Source of the DNA: Tolypothrix carrinoi HA7290-LM1
GTDB taxonomy: Bacteria; Cyanobacteriota; Cyanobacteriia; Cyanobacteriales; Nostocaceae
Assembly (NCBI GenBank): GCA_019358935.1
Contig: JAHHIK010000059.1
Location: 1-51,921, forward strand
Reading direction: 5' to 3'
Length of the DNA stretch: 51,921 nucleotides
Positions 1 to 10,307 of this stretch are shown one piece after another (position 1 is the first letter of the stretch; every line of letters starts with the position of its first letter). Under the pieces are notes generated by a model. The model was not told the DNA's origin. It searched no databases and saw only the letters and a list, made by a program, of their open reading frames with translations. The position numbers and the translations under genes are program-made.

Positions 1-110
1 AGCATATATGGAAATTATTTCGTTTAGCATCTAGCCCTCCTTATTTTCTCTTCTTGGAGGGCATTTTATTGCTTTACTGTCCCAAAGCGATCGCCTAAAT
101 CAATAACTAG

Positions 111-662
111 CAACTTAGGTTACTAAATGATTTCACACAACCCTGGTTTATAGCAGGTGGATGGGCAATAGACCTTTTTATAGGAGATGTAACCAGGATA
201 CACAAAGATATAGAAATCGGAATATTTAGGAAAGACCAAAGCAGCCTGCGAAAATATTTATTTGACTGGGAATTTACTAAGATTGTTGATAAAGTAATGC
301 AGCCTTGGAATGAAGATGAATGGCTAGAGTTACCAATACATGAAATCCATGCTTATAGTAAAAATACCGAACTTTCGGAACTAGAGATTCTCTTGAATGA
401 GTCTTCACTCTTCGAGTGGAGGTTTCGTAGAAATCTAGATATTGTGTGTCCACTGTCAGCGATCAAGTTAAATTCTAATATCGGCGTACCCTTTCTTGCG
501 CCGGAAATTGTACTCTTGTACAAAGCCAAGAATCCCAGGTCTAAGGACGAAGATGATTTCAATCATGTATGCGGGTTACTGGACGAAGAACGTCGAGTTT
601 GGCTCAAGCAAGCAATAGCAGCGTGTCACCCCGGACACTATTGGTTTGCAAAACTTTGTTAG
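111..662 (+). pseudogene. Nucleotidyltransferase of the aminoglycoside 2''-adenylyltransferase/LinA-like type, apparently lacking its start
   Basis: Frame of ORF 297..662 is open back to a TAG at 108-110 and encodes WFIAGGWAIDLFIGDVTRIHKDIEI (GGW..D...DxE NTase motif); C-terminal LAPEIVLLYKAK..R.KD..DF. No in-frame ATG/GTG/TTG before the motif. Confidence 0.6.
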
Positions 663-699
663 AACTTAGGCATTAGAAAATTCAGATATTTCAGGCTAA

Positions 700-789
700 G
701 AACAAGCGCTGCGAAGACAACTTGAGAAACGTGCTGAACGCTTGGCTGCTAGATTGCGCGAAATAGGTGTAGATCCAGATACGATCTAA
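700..789 (+). pseudogene. C-terminal remnant of a Uma2-family endonuclease gene
   Basis: Reads EQALRRQLEKRAERLAARLREIGVDPDTI*, the characteristic cyanobacterial Uma2 tail; preceded by in-frame TAA. Confidence 0.65.
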
Positions 790-824
790 TTAACAGCAAA
801 TAACACTTTTATTTTTAACCACCG

Positions 825-2294
825 ATGATTATCGAAGATAAACAACAACGCAACTGGAAACCGATTATTAAGCAATTTGAGGCTGTACTGGGCAAAAATG
901 GGGTAGTACAGCGTCGAGAAGAACTGATTACTTATGAGTGTGATGGTTTGACTAGCTATCGTCAACGTCCAGCGGTGGTAGTTTTGCCAAGAACTACAGA
1001 ACAAGTTGCCCAAGTCGTGAAGATATGCGATCGCTATTCTATCCCCTTTATCGCCCGTGGCTCTGGCACCGGTTTATCTGGTGGTGCTTTGCCAATTGAA
1101 GATTGTGTTTTAATTGTCACTTCTTTAATGCGGCAAATACTCAGCGTCGATTTAGATAATCAGCGCGTAGTCGTTCAGCCTGGGGTAATTAACAATTGGG
1201 TAACACAAACAGTTTGTGGTGCTGGATTTTACTACGCTCCCGATCCTTCGAGTCAAATTATCTGCTCAATTGGTGGCAATGTCGCAGAAAATTCTGGGGG
1301 TGTGCATTGCTTGAAGTACGGTGTCACCACTAACCACGTTTTAGGATTGAAAATTGTCACCCCTGATGGTTCAATTGTCGATATTGGCGGACAAATTCCA
1401 GAAATGCCTGGTTATGATTTAACAGGTATATTTGTTGGTTCCGAGGGCACGTTAGGAATTGCTACAGAAATTACTTTGCGAATTCTCAAAAGCGCAGAAT
1501 CAATTTGCGTCCTTCTAGCAGATTTTACCACAGTTGAAGCAGCAGCGGAAAGTGTTTCTGACATCATCAGCGCCGGCATTATTCCCGGTGGGATGGAAAT
1601 GATGGATAATATCAGCATCAATGCTGTTGAAGATGTTGTGGCTACAAATTGTTATCCCCGCGATGCAACGGCAATTTTGTTAGTAGAAATCGACGGTTTA
1701 GAAGTTGAAGTTACAGCAAATAAACAGCGCGTCGCCGAAATTTGTCTAAAGAATGGTGCGCGGAACATTACATCTGCTAGTGACTTAGAAACGCGATTAA
1801 AATTGTGGAAAGGACGCAAAGCCGCTTTTGCCGCTGCGGGAAATTTAAGTCCTGACTATTATGTTCAAGATGGCGTAATTCCCCGCACGCAATTACCTTA
1901 CGTTTTGCAAGAAATTCAGGCATTAAGTAAAAAATATGGTTATCAAATTGCGAATGTATTTCACGCCGGAGATGGCAATCTTCACCCGCTGATTTTATTT
2001 GATAATTCCGTCGAGGGAGCATTAGAAAAGGTAGAAGAAGTCGGCGGAGAAATTCTTAAACTTTGTGTGAAAGTAGGTGGGAGTATTTCTGGTGAACATG
2101 GCATTGGTGCAGATAAAAAATGTTATATGCCAGATATGTTTAGCGAAATCGATTTAGAAACTATGCAATGGGTTCGGCAAGTTTTTAATCCTCAAGGTTT
2201 AGCAAATCCTGGAAAGATTTTTCCCACCCCGCGTACTTGTGGTGAAGCTGCTTCTGCAAGTAAGCAGCAGTTTGAAGGTGTAGAACGCTTTTAA
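825..2294 (+). CDS. glcD: Glycolate oxidase/dehydrogenase FAD subunit GlcD
   Basis: 489 aa; ARGSGTGLSGG, APDPSS, GSEGTLG, HAGDGNLHP, GEHGIG and NPGKIFP motifs of FAD-linked oxidases. Confidence 0.92.
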   Translation: MIIEDKQQRNWKPIIKQFEAVLGKNGVVQRREELITYECDGLTSYRQRPAVVVLPRTTEQVAQVVKICDRYSIPFIARGSGTGLSGGALPIEDCVLIVTSLMRQILSVDLDNQRVVVQPGVINNWVTQTVCGAGFYYAPDPSSQIICSIGGNVAENSGGVHCLKYGVTTNHVLGLKIVTPDGSIVDIGGQIPEMPGYDLTGIFVGSEGTLGIATEITLRILKSAESICVLLADFTTVEAAAESVSDIISAGIIPGGMEMMDNISINAVEDVVATNCYPRDATAILLVEIDGLEVEVTANKQRVAEICLKNGARNITSASDLETRLKLWKGRKAAFAAAGNLSPDYYVQDGVIPRTQLPYVLQEIQALSKKYGYQIANVFHAGDGNLHPLILFDNSVEGALEKVEEVGGEILKLCVKVGGSISGEHGIGADKKCYMPDMFSEIDLETMQWVRQVFNPQGLANPGKIFPTPRTCGEAASASKQQFEGVERF

Positions 2295-2328
2295 ATTTTG
2301 CGCCTTGGCGTAATACAATACAGATACC

Positions 2329-2360
2329 GTAGGGTGCGTTATAACGTAGTTTAACGCACC
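2329..2360 (+). repeat. GTAG-type REP palindrome (second copy at 31449-31501)
   Basis: GTAG-GGTGCGTTA...TAACGCACC hairpin downstream of glcD; same arms at 31449-31501. Confidence 0.7.
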
Positions 2361-2637
2361 ATTAATGGTTTAAGGTATCGTATTTTCGGCGGTAACACAG
2401 CTTCTTAGTGGTTTTATTAAAAAAGGCTTTTCAGAAAGAAACGAACCGCAGAGACACAGAGAACACAGAGGAAGAGTAAAAAAGAGTTTCACGTTCTCAT
2501 TTATTAGAAAAATCTACTTTAAATGTATTTTCAACCACAGACAAATTTGGGAATTTTTTTATCTGTAAAAAAATCCGGATTGAGAATATTTTAGTTTGTA
2601 GTTTACAATAGCCGAGAACTGTTAGTCAAAGCCACAA

Positions 2638-3864
2638 ATGAATCGCTTTGCTCGTCGTTGCCTATTTTACTTATTATATTTAGGATTAATACTCAATTTA
2701 ACAGTATTTTCGCTACCTGTACCTGTTAATACTCAAAGTATAAATTCACCGGAAATAGCAGAAATTCGTGGGGTTTGGCTGACTAATGTGGCAAGTGGTG
2801 TGCTATTTGTTCCTTGGGGTATCAATCGCGCTTTAAATCAACTATCAAGGCTCAATTTTAATACAATTTATCCTGTAGTTTGGAATCGAGGATATACTTT
2901 TTATAAAAGTCTTGTTGCTAAACAAATTACAGGTTCAGATTCTCAACCTTTGCTGAAATTCATGCACGGGGGACGAGATGCTTTAACAACCTTAGTCAAG
3001 CTTTCTCAAACTAAAAATTTGAGTGTGATTCCCTGGTTTGAATATGGGTTGATGATACCCCATAATTCACAATTGGCAAAAAGTTATCCAAACTGGTTGA
3101 CAATTGGGCAATCGGGTATTAAATCTATTCAAGAAACTCCTCCGGAAGAAATCAACAACGGTGTAAATAAGGTGGCTTGGCTGAATCCTCTCCATCCGCA
3201 AGTTCAAGAGTTTATTAAAGCGTTAATTCTGGAAATTGTTAGTAATTACAATGTCGATGGCATTCAGCTTGACGACCACTTTGCGATGCCTGTACAGTTC
3301 GGTTATGATGCTTTCACCATCAAAGTTTATCAACAAGAACATCAAGGTAAAAGTCCCCCTACAGATTGTTTTAACTCAGAATGGATGCGTTGGCGAGCGG
3401 ATAAAATTACAGATTTTATGGCGGAAATTTATCAAGCTGTCAAAGCAGTTAAACCGAATGCCAAAATATCTCTATCGCCGAATTCTCAAGCTTTTGCTTA
3501 TAAATATTACTTGCAAGATTGGGAAAGCTGGGTAAAAAAAGGTTTGGTGGATGAGTTGGTTTTGCAGGTATATCGAGACGATCCAGACAGTTTTATGGCG
3601 GAAATCAGCGCACCAGCGGTACAATTTGCGCTGAGTCAAATACCTGTAGTCATCGGGATATCAACAGGTACTTTACGCGATTCGGTGGAAATTGCCCAAA
3701 TTAAAGAACAAGTGAGAATGGTACGCGATCGCCATTTTGATGGTATCTCTTTTTTCTACTGGGAAAGTTTATGGGGTTACATCGCACCCGAATCCCCTAA
3801 ACAACGGCGTCAGGGTTTTAGTGAGATTTTCAACGCCACAGCTAAGAAATCATTGCTGCCTTAA
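2638..3864 (+). CDS. Glycoside hydrolase-like family 10 (DUF187/GHL10) protein
   Basis: N-terminal hydrophobic segment; EIRGVWLT, IPWFEYG, WLNPLHPQVQ, DGIQLDDHF, QDW motifs. Confidence 0.85.
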   Translation: MNRFARRCLFYLLYLGLILNLTVFSLPVPVNTQSINSPEIAEIRGVWLTNVASGVLFVPWGINRALNQLSRLNFNTIYPVVWNRGYTFYKSLVAKQITGSDSQPLLKFMHGGRDALTTLVKLSQTKNLSVIPWFEYGLMIPHNSQLAKSYPNWLTIGQSGIKSIQETPPEEINNGVNKVAWLNPLHPQVQEFIKALILEIVSNYNVDGIQLDDHFAMPVQFGYDAFTIKVYQQEHQGKSPPTDCFNSEWMRWRADKITDFMAEIYQAVKAVKPNAKISLSPNSQAFAYKYYLQDWESWVKKGLVDELVLQVYRDDPDSFMAEISAPAVQFALSQIPVVIGISTGTLRDSVEIAQIKEQVRMVRDRHFDGISFFYWESLWGYIAPESPKQRRQGFSEIFNATAKKSLLP

Positions 3865-3869
3865 AAATA

Positions 3870-4445
3870 ATGGTACCAAAACCTGTAAAATCTAAACTAG
3901 GGTTCACTTTGCTGTGGACTGTAACTACTGTTAGCGGCTTTCTGCTCAGTTTGCTTTTTGTTGAAATTGGCGAAAAGGCTGATGTGGGAATTTTACAAGC
4001 TGCTATCGGCTCAAGTGCGATCGCACTTCCTCAAAGTTTCATTCTCAGACAACGCATCTTCTCAAAGATGTGGGTGTTATCAACTGTTTTCGGTTGGATT
4101 GTCATCACGGCTATCAGTGTTGGTGCTATGGGTTGGATCGTCTCTACGAGTCAATTTTTACCCTTTCGAGTCGTTTATGGCTCAGTTTATGCCGCAATTG
4201 GCGGTTTTGTTATCGGATTCTTTCAATGGCTGGCGATTTCTCCCTCTGTTCCCTCGGCTTGGCGATGGATATTTATTAGTTCTTTCAGTTGGGCGATCGC
4301 TATACCTGTAGGTTCTATCTTTGGTATGCTTTTGTACCGTCTATCACGGGTATTTTTAGGCGAAATTGTCGGTTTAGCTATTAGTTGGCTTTTAGTTGCT
4401 ATTATTACAGGTATCAATGCTGACAAAATTTTTAGGGAAGTCTGA
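3870..4445 (+). CDS. Integral membrane hypothetical protein
   Basis: 191 aa, about six hydrophobic Gly/Trp-rich helices; 5 nt downstream of GHL10 gene. Confidence 0.75.
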   Translation: MVPKPVKSKLGFTLLWTVTTVSGFLLSLLFVEIGEKADVGILQAAIGSSAIALPQSFILRQRIFSKMWVLSTVFGWIVITAISVGAMGWIVSTSQFLPFRVVYGSVYAAIGGFVIGFFQWLAISPSVPSAWRWIFISSFSWAIAIPVGSIFGMLLYRLSRVFLGEIVGLAISWLLVAIITGINADKIFREV

Positions 4446-4764
4446 AGCTCAACAAATTGTAAAGAATTATAAAAATATAATTGATTTATAATTAAGTCTA
4501 TGCAAAGATTTGAAAAAAGTATTAAAAATAACATTTACTAAATTTACTTTAACCTGCAAATGCATTTTCGCCTTTAAAAAGCAGGATTTTTTCAACTGAT
4601 ACCAATTAGGCTTCAAAGCTTGGCACGAAAAGTCGAGAAAGATATAAACATCGCTCTCGTAAACGCGCTGGAATACATTGTTTGCCGGGGAGTGAAGAAT
4701 TTATCTAAATATTATATATATAACACGCTGTGAGTTGAAGAAAGCAAAACTAGACAAAGATCGC

Positions 4765-6966
4765 ATGAATATTAATCCATTGGAATCAACCGCAGAGTTG
4801 ATACAAGTATCACCATCGGGTGCGATCGCACACACAGAAGAAAGTACTAGCGAGCAGCTTCTACTAAGCATGTATGATTCTGTTGAAGCATCAATCTTTG
4901 TAGTAGATGTTTTAGAAAATGGGGATTTTCGGTATGTCGGGTTAAATCCAACTCACGAAAGATGGACTGGTATTCGTTTAGAAGATTTGAGAGGGAAAAC
5001 ACCAGAAGAAATTCTCTCCCCAGTCGATGCGGCAAACGTGCGTCAGCATTATAGTGAGTGCGTGCGATGCAGCAAAACTATTTGCTACGAACAATGCTTG
5101 CAATTCCAGGGAATTCCTAGTTGGTGGAAAACAACGCTAACACCATTGCGAAATAGTAATTCCCGGATTTATCGATTAATTGGCACTAGTAAGAATATTA
5201 CCGATATCAAACAAGCAGAAGCTGCGGGAATTGACGCGCAGCGTGAGGAACTTTTAGAAGCGATCGCCAAAAAAATTCACTCTGGTGTAGAATTACAGAT
5301 AATTATTAATCAAACAGTAAAGAGAATTCGCTTTTTTTTAGAGAGCGATCGCGTCATCATTTATCGCTTCCAAGTCGATTGGAGTGGGATTATAATTGCC
5401 GAATCAACCGTTGTTCCTGGTACTTCTCTTTTAGGAACAAACATCAAAGATGCCTGTTTTAGTGAAAAATATATAGAACGTTACAAACGTGGTGGAATTC
5501 AAGTTTTAGAAGATATTTACGCGGCTGGTTTGCATCCTTGTCAAATTGACTTACTTGCCTCTTTCCAGGTTAAAGCCTACGTCGTCGTGCCGATTTTCTT
5601 AAAGCAGGATTTGTGGGGCTTACTGATTGTTCACCATTGCCGATCGCCACGTCAATGGCAGCAGACAGAAATTGATTTGCTCAAACTAATAGCTACCCAA
5701 TTAGGAATTGCCGTACAGCAAACAGAACTTCAGCAACAAATAGAAAATCTCAAAGCACAGTTTAACTCGCAGATGCAGTTAATTTTCAACTATGAAGCAG
5801 TTGTGCGCCGAATTACCGAAAAAATCCGCGACAGTTTAGATGAAACACAGCTTTTGCAAACAGTAACTCAGGAATTAGCAAAAGTCCTGAAAGCTGATTC
5901 TTGTCAAATTGAATTTTATAACAATTGTTGTAATGTGGCAACAGTTGCCTATGAATATACTACTAGTAAATTTCCCTGCCAAGAATCAAGCAGACAGATT
6001 GCAGACTTTCCAGAAATTTATCAGAAATTGTTGCAAAAAGAGCCTTTACAATTTGTCCAAGTTGTGGGTGTGAATCCTCAAGCTGTAATGACATTAGCTT
6101 GTCCAATATTCGACGCGCAAAGGATTTTAGGAAATCTCTGGCTGACAAGACAAACTCAAGAAGCTTTTGCAGAATTTGAAATTCAACTAGTACAGCAAAT
6201 AGCCAACGAATGCGCGATCGCCATTTGTCAAGCGCGACTTTACAAAGCTGCACAAGCACAAGTTAAAGAACTAGAAAAACTCAAACATTTGAAAAACGAC
6301 TTTTTGCGAACCCTTTCTCATGAATTGCGAACCCCGATAACCAGCATCAGTCTTGCAGCGCAAACATTAGAAAGTGTTCTCCAGCAAGAAGGAGTATTAG
6401 AAATAGAATTAGTTCCGCAACTGTTCGGGATACTTGAAAACGAATGTGAACGAGAAAGCAAATTAATTAACGATCTACTTACATTAACATACCTCGAAGC
6501 CGACATTGAGCCAATGACTTTAATAGCCATTGACTTACAAACCTGGCTTCCTTCTATTGTCGAGCCTTTTCGAGAACGTATTTACTGCCAGCAGCAACAA
6601 TTAAGTTTAAGTATTGCGAAAGAACTGCCATCTTTACAAATAGATATCACAGATTTGGAGCGTATTATCACTGAATTGTTAAATAATGCTTGCAAATATA
6701 CACCTGGTGGTGAAGCGATCGCAGTTTCAGCTTACTTGAAAGCAGACACAGTATGCCTTAGCGTTAGCAACACCGGCGTTGAGATACCCTCAGATGAACT
6801 TTCACGCATTTTCGATCCATTTTACCGCATTCCCAAAAATGACCTCTGGAAATACGGTGGAACTGGATTAGGATTAGCATTAGTGAAGAAAATGGTCAAA
6901 CATTTAAAAGCCACAATTGATGTAGAGAGTGCTGACAATAAAACCACCTTCACCATCCAATTTTAG
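4765..6966 (+). CDS. PAS-GAF-GAF sensor histidine kinase, cyanobacteriochrome-like
   Basis: PAS (LRGKTPEE), GAF1 with DRVIIYRF/DACF/PCQ/LWGLLIVHHC, second GAF, H-box SHELRTP, NACKYT, GGTGLGL. ATG at 4765 preferred to TTG at 4735. Confidence 0.88.
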   Translation: MNINPLESTAELIQVSPSGAIAHTEESTSEQLLLSMYDSVEASIFVVDVLENGDFRYVGLNPTHERWTGIRLEDLRGKTPEEILSPVDAANVRQHYSECVRCSKTICYEQCLQFQGIPSWWKTTLTPLRNSNSRIYRLIGTSKNITDIKQAEAAGIDAQREELLEAIAKKIHSGVELQIIINQTVKRIRFFLESDRVIIYRFQVDWSGIIIAESTVVPGTSLLGTNIKDACFSEKYIERYKRGGIQVLEDIYAAGLHPCQIDLLASFQVKAYVVVPIFLKQDLWGLLIVHHCRSPRQWQQTEIDLLKLIATQLGIAVQQTELQQQIENLKAQFNSQMQLIFNYEAVVRRITEKIRDSLDETQLLQTVTQELAKVLKADSCQIEFYNNCCNVATVAYEYTTSKFPCQESSRQIADFPEIYQKLLQKEPLQFVQVVGVNPQAVMTLACPIFDAQRILGNLWLTRQTQEAFAEFEIQLVQQIANECAIAICQARLYKAAQAQVKELEKLKHLKNDFLRTLSHELRTPITSISLAAQTLESVLQQEGVLEIELVPQLFGILENECERESKLINDLLTLTYLEADIEPMTLIAIDLQTWLPSIVEPFRERIYCQQQQLSLSIAKELPSLQIDITDLERIITELLNNACKYTPGGEAIAVSAYLKADTVCLSVSNTGVEIPSDELSRIFDPFYRIPKNDLWKYGGTGLGLALVKKMVKHLKATIDVESADNKTTFTIQF

Positions 6967-6973
6967 CCTAACT

Positions 6974-6999
6974 CGTTCCCAGCACGACTGCTGGGAACG
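6974..6999. repeat. REP-like hairpin, possible terminator
   Basis: CGTTCCCAGCA-cgac-TGCTGGGAACG, perfect 11-bp stem just after the kinase stop, followed by T-rich sequence. Confidence 0.6.
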
Positions 7000-7110
7000 C
7001 TTTCTCTGGTTCTTAATACTTATGTACTAAATATGGCGATCGCCTTGTGCCAAAAGAATATCGACGATATTAAGGTTGGCGATGTTAGATCGGTAGATAT
7101 AGTTACAGTT

Positions 7111-7575
7111 ATGAAACAGATAATAGACAATATCAAACAAAGTATAACGCAAAAAAGCATACTTTGGGCTTATCCAATTGCACTCAAATTACAAAAATAT
7201 CACTATAGTTTGGCAATTCAATGGGCAGTAGAATGCATACAAATATATTCATCCGAGATTAAATCGGACAAACTCTACAAGCTTAATAAATATATTCAGC
7301 AAGCAATGGAAGAGCAAAATGTTTTAACTCCTTTACAGTGTAATGAAATTAGTCGAGAAATATGGTATTTGCCTGAAAGGGAAGAAGTTCAAACTGCAAT
7401 AGCTCGACTGTGGTGGTCTATCGCAGCTTTTAAAGCTGGAGAAGAGCATGGTGGAGTAATGGAAGCCACTATGACTGTTGAATTAGTATTACCTGATACA
7501 TCCAATCGTCGTCTATTAGATCGATACCTAGAAGCTGCTGTAAGAATTTGTGAAGAATACGAATCACAAAACTAG
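7111..7575 (+). CDS. Hypothetical all-helical protein
   Basis: Open frame 7033..7575; ATG at 7111 chosen tentatively as start; AT-rich, no recognised catalytic motif. Confidence 0.6.
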   Translation: MKQIIDNIKQSITQKSILWAYPIALKLQKYHYSLAIQWAVECIQIYSSEIKSDKLYKLNKYIQQAMEEQNVLTPLQCNEISREIWYLPEREEVQTAIARLWWSIAAFKAGEEHGGVMEATMTVELVLPDTSNRRLLDRYLEAAVRICEEYESQN

Positions 7576-7687
7576 GCGTGTGAGTAGTAGAATCGCATCG
7601 ATTCGTAGGTTGGTGAAAGCGAAAGTGGGGGGGTATTGTAAGAAAGCTCACAAGGCTTATGCTGAGATTTGTAGATAGCAGTACCTT

Positions 7688-7836
7688 GTGAGTAAATCAC
7701 CCGCATCATATCAAGCGCAACCTGACATGGGAACAGTGGGAATTAATTGCAGAAATGTTTTCAGCAAGCTTTACCAGGTGGTCGCCCGCGCACAGTAGTG
7801 ATCTACCCTGCGATCAATGCGATTTTTTATGTACTC
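7688..7836 (+). mobile_element. IS5-family transposase N-terminal remnant (frameshifted, truncated)
   Basis: NLTWEQWELIAEMF / QALPGGRPRTVVIYPAINAIFYVL in two frames; matches the LT..QW.LI...GGRPR....NAIFYVL pattern. Confidence 0.75.
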
Positions 7837-7865
7837 TACAAGTATGCTATTATTAGTAATTGCGT

Positions 7866-7937
7866 GGGTGACTAGCTCAATGGTAGAGCATCAGACTCTT
7901 AATCTGCTGGTTCTGGGTTCGAGTCCCAGGTCACCCA
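7866..7937 (+). tRNA. trnK: tRNA-Lys, anticodon CTT
   Basis: GGGTGAC/GTCACCC acceptor stem, GCTC/GAGC D-stem, CT-CTT-AA anticodon loop, CTGGG-TTCGAGT-CCCAG T-arm; no encoded CCA. Confidence 0.95.
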
Positions 7938-8031
7938 TTGAATAAAATAAAACTCTACATTATAGCTGCGGGCTATATTCGTAGATCCAAATAGCCTTTA
8001 GAGACGTTACAAAGGCAGTTTACAAGCTCTT

Positions 8032-8781
8032 TTATGGTTTAGGCGCAACCATATATTTTTCAATAACTGTCTTCCAAACTAAATATGCCTGACCATTTAA
8101 ATGTAGCCCATCCACTGTATATTGAGCATCTAATTGGTTTTCTGAGTCTAATAAAAGAGAAAATATATCTATATATTCATAATTAAATTCTTTCGCTAAG
8201 TTTTTCAAGCCGGAATTAATTTTTAACACGTTATTATTATCTTGCCAATATAGATAAACTTTATTGTTGACAGGTAAGACACTTTGCACAAATACTTTTG
8301 TGTTTGGTGTTTTTTCTTTCAATTCACGTAAGATATTTTTATATTGTTCTAAAGTTGCTGTTACCGATTTACCATCATTGATTAAATCGTTAATACCTAT
8401 CATTAAGAATATTTGTTTTGGTTTGGATTCTAATATGGTATTTAAACGATGTAATATTCTCTCTGTGGTATCACCAGAAATACCCCTGTTTTTTACATTT
8501 AATCCTAATAACTCTGTCCACTCACCTTCATCGGTGATACTATCACCCAACATAATGATATCCGATTCAGATTTAGGTAGTTTTTCAAATTGGCTTTTTT
8601 TATGCCAATAGTAAGGCGGATAGTCAAAATGTTTACTCTTATTTTCGGGAAAAATATGCAATAATTTCTTAAATAAATATGATAAACCACCTTTTTTTGC
8701 AATAAATAAAGCGATAGCTATAAAAAATAAAATATTGAAAATACAGGAAAGTAGTAATAAATTTTTAGTTTGATTAATCAT
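8032..8781 (-). CDS. GDSL/SGNH hydrolase with N-terminal membrane anchor
   Basis: GDSIT, NRGISGD, IGINDL and DGLHLN blocks. Confidence 0.9.
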   Translation of the reverse strand: MINQTKNLLLLSCIFNILFFIAIALFIAKKGGLSYLFKKLLHIFPENKSKHFDYPPYYWHKKSQFEKLPKSESDIIMLGDSITDEGEWTELLGLNVKNRGISGDTTERILHRLNTILESKPKQIFLMIGINDLINDGKSVTATLEQYKNILRELKEKTPNTKVFVQSVLPVNNKVYLYWQDNNNVLKINSGLKNLAKEFNYEYIDIFSLLLDSENQLDAQYTVDGLHLNGQAYLVWKTVIEKYMVAPKP

Positions 8782-8810
8782 ATTTTTAAATTAAATATTA
8801 CAGATGTAGT

Positions 8811-9716
8811 TTATTGTTGAGAATTCGTTAAAAAAAGCTGCACTCGCTGCCATACTTGTTCTAATAAATTAGGATTATCTGCATCAAACCACTCAATCTT
8901 TGGAGATGCCTGAAACCATGTGCGTTGACGTTTGGCAAATTGTCGCGTATGCAAAATTGTTAATTTTTGAGCTTTATCTAAAGATATCTCACCTGCTAAA
9001 TATTGTTTTATTTCTTGATATCCTAATGTATTTAACAAAGATAAGTCAGCACCATATTTATGACAAAGATATTCTACTTCAGCTACTAAACCATTTGCGA
9101 TCATTTGCTCTGTGCGCTTTGCAATACGCTGGGTTAAGTAGTGAGAATCGCAATTTAAACCAATTTGCAAAATTGGATAATTTGGTGGATTCTCTCCTTG
9201 CTGTTCGGAAATAGGGCGACCAGTGACATAAAATACCTCTAATGCTCTTAAGGTTCGCACTGGATCGTTAGGGTGAATTTTTTGTGCTGCAACTGGATCA
9301 ACTTGTTGCAACATGATGTAGAGTTGCATTTGACCGAAAGATTCGAGATGCGATCGCAATTCTTTCTGCGGTGCAACTCTGGGAATTTTCATTCCTTGTA
9401 CAATAGAACGTATATATAAACCGGTACCACCAACTAGCAATAGTGGACGAAGATCAACAGAAGCAATTAAGGCTTGTGCTTGCTGTTGGTAATCTGCTAC
9501 CGTCATAATGTCTGTGGGAGCGCAAATATCTATTAAATAGTGTGACACCAACTTTTGTTCAGCCGTTGTTGGTTTAGCCGTACCAATATCAAACTCGCGG
9601 TACACTTGACGAGAATCTGCACTCAAAATTACAGAATTCAACTTTCTCGCTAAAGATAACGCTAACCCCGATTTACCCGTTGCGGTCGCTCCACAAATTA
9701 CAATTAATTTCGTCAT
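8811..9716 (-). CDS. miaA: tRNA dimethylallyltransferase
   Basis: GATATGKS, DSRQVYR, DIGTAKP, VGGTGLY, AKRQRTWF. Confidence 0.96.
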   Translation of the reverse strand: MTKLIVICGATATGKSGLALSLARKLNSVILSADSRQVYREFDIGTAKPTTAEQKLVSHYLIDICAPTDIMTVADYQQQAQALIASVDLRPLLLVGGTGLYIRSIVQGMKIPRVAPQKELRSHLESFGQMQLYIMLQQVDPVAAQKIHPNDPVRTLRALEVFYVTGRPISEQQGENPPNYPILQIGLNCDSHYLTQRIAKRTEQMIANGLVAEVEYLCHKYGADLSLLNTLGYQEIKQYLAGEISLDKAQKLTILHTRQFAKRQRTWFQASPKIEWFDADNPNLLEQVWQRVQLFLTNSQQ

Positions 9717-9729
9717 TGGTCAAAGTAGG

Positions 9730-9995
9730 TCATTGGGCATTGGTAATTGGTAATGGGGAATTAAGCATGGGGCATAGGGCATAGGGCATAAGGCATTGGG
9801 CATGGGTAATTCCTCCAAGTCCAGTGGACACGTTCCACGGGCGGGGACGCCACATGCTTCAACGTTCGTGACCTCCTTTGGGCGCAGTGGCGAGTGGAAA
9901 ATACGCACTCGCGCTCGTCCTCCCCTTGTCTCCCCACGCCAGTCGCCTCAACAGGACTCCACCCCCGCACAGCGCTGGCTCCTCTCCCCATCTCC
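9730..9995. repeat. Heptamer tandem repeats (TGGGCAT-like) plus small dispersed hairpin repeats
   Basis: Degenerate (T/A)GGGCAT run 9733-9805; CGCCAGTCGCCTCAAC..GCGCTGGCTC element near 9937-9981 related to copies at 19867-20073. Confidence 0.75.
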
Positions 9996-10307
9996 CCCTC
10001 ATCTTCTCTAGCAAGGGTTTTATGCTAGAATTTTGAAGCCTTTTCGCTTCTTTTTCCGCTAATGTAATTTTGGCACAAGCGATACTCACTGTTGAGAGTT
10101 CCTGCGCGATCGCTCATCACATCGATAATATATTAATCGCACTCAAAGCCAATCCATAAAGTAAACTAAGCCAGCTACATCCCCTATATAAACTTATCAT
10201 CTAATTGCCCTACAGTCGCCTCTAACCCTTTTGTGTTAGAATTTTGGAGTGATTTGACTTTAGTTTGTGTTTTAGCGAATTCACCCCCACGAATCAGGAG
10301 AAATTTC

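Noticed and set aside
9720..10089. Short overlapping ORFs upstream of gyrB
   Set aside because: Translations of heptamer and hairpin repeats.
10233..10307. N-terminal extension of GyrB
   Set aside because: The RBS and the conserved N-terminus point to ATG 10308.
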